Of a stretch of 64,000 nucleotides of DNA, positions 61,763 to 64,000 are shown one piece after another. The notes beneath the pieces are model-generated. The model did not search any database, was not told the DNA's origin, and saw nothing but the letters and a program-made list of their open reading frames with translations. The first letter of the stretch is position 1, and each line of letters starts with the position of its first letter. Origin of the DNA: Gemmatimonadales bacterium (GTDB lineage: Bacteria; Gemmatimonadota; Gemmatimonadetes; Gemmatimonadales; GWC2-71-9); the NCBI GenBank assembly GCA_036377715.1, contig DASUXW010000194.1, positions 528 through 64,527 of the forward strand. Reading direction: 5' to 3'. A program made the position numbers and the translations under genes.

Positions 61763-63403
61763 CTACCTCCGCCGTCCTCCGGACATCCCGCCGCCTACGC
61801 TTCGGCCGCCATCCCCGCGATCGCCGCCGCCGCTCCACCCGCTGCGGGAACCGCCATCCGACCGGGACGGCGGCGAGAAGCTGCCGCGATCCGGAGCCCG
61901 GGACGGTGCCGGCCGGGCCTCGGGCTGCGACCGGGGCTTCGCACGCGGCTCCGGACGACTGTAGCCGCCATCCCTGCCAGACGGTCGCGCTTCTACCGCA
62001 GGCTGGGGAGACGGGTCGGGCCGCGGCTCCGCGCGACGAGGCTCCGGCTGGCGGTCAACCACCGAGCGGTCTGCCGCATCCTCCGACCGGCTCAGCGGAC
62101 GCACCTCCCTCGGCAGGTCCTGCCGGCCGGGACTGGTCGGGACGCTCACGCGCGGCCGGTCCGGCTCGCGCGACCGCCGCGCCTCGATGTTCGGCTGCAC
62201 CGTGCGGCTTTCCGCCCGGCGTGGCGCGGCATCACCGCGGGTGCGCGTCGGGCCGTCGGCCGCGCCGGAACGCCGACCTGCATCGGCGTCCCGGGTCGGC
62301 GCGGCGCGCCGCTCCGGCGCTGTCGAGCGCGGCTCGACCGGCCGGGCGTCCACTCGACGGGGCTCGACGGGGCGCGCCTCGGCGGCGGGCCGTGTGTCGG
62401 TGAGGCGGCGCGCCGGGCTCGCTTCCGAAATGCGGTCACGGACCACCGGCGGCAGGTAAACGGTGTTTACCGAGCGCCGGAGATCGAATCCCCGCGGACG
62501 ATAGCCGGCCTGCACGCCCTCGACATCACGGAATCGGTACGGGGTGTAGGGGCGGGCCCAGTTGCGGTCACGGTTCCCGTAATAGCGGCCGCCGTAATAC
62601 GGATTCCCGTAATGCGGGTAACCGTAGACCGGATATCCGAAGTAGCCATAGCCCCAGGGGCGCACCGGGTAGACGTAGGCCGGACGGTAGTAGTACGGGT
62701 CGTAGAAGAAGGGGTCGTAGAACGGATCATAGTAGAACCGGCGGTACGGGCGGCCGAAGAAGAGTCCGACCGAAAGACCGGAGCCGCAGGAGTACGACCA
62801 GCCGCCGCAGCCCCAGTAGTTGTCGTAGTACCCGTAGTATGGCCGGGAGTAGGAGTAGTCGGACGCATAGACCACCCGCTCGACCACCGTGTACGACAGG
62901 ATGTCGTAGTCGAAGCTCGCGTCAGCCATGCGTCGGACCAGCTCGTTGAGGTCCTGCTCGGGATCGGCGGGGAACCGGTTGGGCGCCAGCGCGCGGTAGT
63001 CCCAATGGTCGGCGAGCACGAATTGCCCGAATTGGAACGGCGTGCCCGACACCGCCGCGTAGACGGTCCCCCGTCCGGACTTGCCGTCGGCCTCGAAGGA
63101 CTCGCGACCGCCGCGGCCGCGGATCTCGTACTTCTTGCCGCCGCGGACGAAGTTGTCGTCGTTTGGATCGAGTGGGAACAGGACGCGAAGGACCCCGTCG
63201 GGATCCACATGCAGAACCAGCAGGTAGCCGTCGTTGCGCGCCCGGACCTGTACCTTGGCCCGTTCGCCCGGGAGATAAGTTCGATCGCTGTTGAGCCAGA
63301 GCTGAACAGCCGGATCGTCACCCGCGGCCCGAGCGGCCGCAGGGACCCCGCCCGCGGCCGGAGCCGTGGCGAGGAGCAGAGGAAGGAGCAAGGCGGAGAT
63401 CAT
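61763..63403 (-). CDS. DUF4384-domain secreted protein with Tyr/Gly/Pro-rich core and Arg/Pro-rich disordered tail
   Basis: 546-aa ORF with a signal peptide. LWLNSDRTYLPGERAKVQVRARNDGYLLVLHVDPDG is DUF4384-like, followed by extreme low-complexity regions. Confidence 0.85.
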   Translation of the reverse strand: MISALLLPLLLATAPAAGGVPAAARAAGDDPAVQLWLNSDRTYLPGERAKVQVRARNDGYLLVLHVDPDGVLRVLFPLDPNDDNFVRGGKKYEIRGRGGRESFEADGKSGRGTVYAAVSGTPFQFGQFVLADHWDYRALAPNRFPADPEQDLNELVRRMADASFDYDILSYTVVERVVYASDYSYSRPYYGYYDNYWGCGGWSYSCGSGLSVGLFFGRPYRRFYYDPFYDPFFYDPYYYRPAYVYPVRPWGYGYFGYPVYGYPHYGNPYYGGRYYGNRDRNWARPYTPYRFRDVEGVQAGYRPRGFDLRRSVNTVYLPPVVRDRISEASPARRLTDTRPAAEARPVEPRRVDARPVEPRSTAPERRAAPTRDADAGRRSGAADGPTRTRGDAAPRRAESRTVQPNIEARRSREPDRPRVSVPTSPGRQDLPREVRPLSRSEDAADRSVVDRQPEPRRAEPRPDPSPQPAVEARPSGRDGGYSRPEPRAKPRSQPEARPAPSRAPDRGSFSPPSRSDGGSRSGWSGGGDRGDGGRSVGGGMSGGRRR

Positions 63404-63566
63404 GGCACCTCCCGACGACGGAGCACAGGATTGGACGCCCGAATGGGCGCCGTGTTAACGTCTGCGAACCCTGTGCCACGGAACACACGCATATCACGGC
63501 AACACTTAGCCCCGGTGATCCGTTCCCCAAGCCCCGACCTGTCCTCAAAAGAGGACACCCCGGCCG

Positions 63567-63998
63567 TCAGGGCTTGCTGGTCTCCCTCCCTCCGTTCCAC
63601 CGGTGCCAGTACATGCGCATCTCGCTGATGAGCCCGCCCGCGGTCTCGCAGAAGATGGCACCGCGGGCGTCCACCCACTCCCCGGTGCGCTTGCGGCGAA
63701 ACACGCACTTGAACTCGGTCGAGAACCAGGGGCCGGCGGCGTAGATCTCACCCGAGGTGAAGGTGATCTCGGACTGGCTGTATGGGACATCCAGCCACCA
63801 CCGGCGGATCTCTCCGGCTCCGCGCACCGGCTCGGAAAACGGGGTCTCGATGAAGACGGCGTCCGGGGAGAAGACTGACGTGAGGAGATCGATGTCGGCC
63901 CGGACCCAGCCGCGGCCGAAGTTATCGATCAGCTCGCGGCCAAGCTCACGGGTGTCCCGGAGCTGCTCCGCCCCGGCCGCGGGGGTGACGCCGTCGGG
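63567..63998 (-). CDS. NTF2-like (SnoaL/ketosteroid-isomerase-like) protein, 5' end off window
   Basis: The frame of track ORF 63567..63827 stays open upstream to the window edge. Own translation: ...AEQLRDTRELGRELIDNFGRGWVRADIDLLTSVFSPDAVFIETPFSEPVRGAGEIRRWW... Confidence 0.7.
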   Translation of the reverse strand, partial: PDGVTPAAGAEQLRDTRELGRELIDNFGRGWVRADIDLLTSVFSPDAVFIETPFSEPVRGAGEIRRWWLDVPYSQSEITFTSGEIYAAGPWFSTEFKCVFRRKRTGEWVDARGAIFCETAGGLISEMRMYWHRWNGGRETSKP

Positions 63999-64000
63999 AG

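Overview
High-GC (roughly two-thirds to 70% G+C by eye) bacterial chromosomal segment. It is densely packed on both strands: about 70 protein-coding genes, two tRNAs (Ala-CGC, Gln-CTG), no rRNA, no CRISPR, and no transposase or integrase. The gene families give a soil-bacterium, possibly Gemmatimonadota-like, impression that cannot be verified here. Most content is ordinary accessory or housekeeping: a LytS/LytTR two-component pair, MFS and NCS1 transporters, an ArsR-SRPBCC pair, a universal stress protein, a large LuxR (LAL) regulator, a multicopper oxidase, MlaFED, RNase Z, NadE, CrcB-DUF190, a hybrid GAF/PAS histidine kinase, and a membrane GAF Ser/Thr kinase. The ORF track lists longest ORFs, including GTG starts, so many real genes are shorter than listed. 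One edge-truncated gene (1..2265) and one 48-aa gene (44083..44229) are absent from the track, and many long ORFs are antisense shadows. Main findings: (1) The most unusual structure is a ~0.7-kb non-ORF spacer (32201..32891) between an S8 peptidase gene and a beta-helix lipoprotein gene. It holds about 33 same-strand CGGGA motifs phased at exactly 21 bp. (2) A set of long, near-perfect intergenic palindromes have arms built from 7-8 nt tandem repeats. Two of them share a 17-nt core. (3) A single in-frame TAG separates a 128-aa ORF from a kinase whose first transmembrane helix has no start codon. (4) Two adjacent hypothetical genes share a paralogous ~120-aa domain in swapped positions. Database-level claims are from memory of protein families and were not searched.
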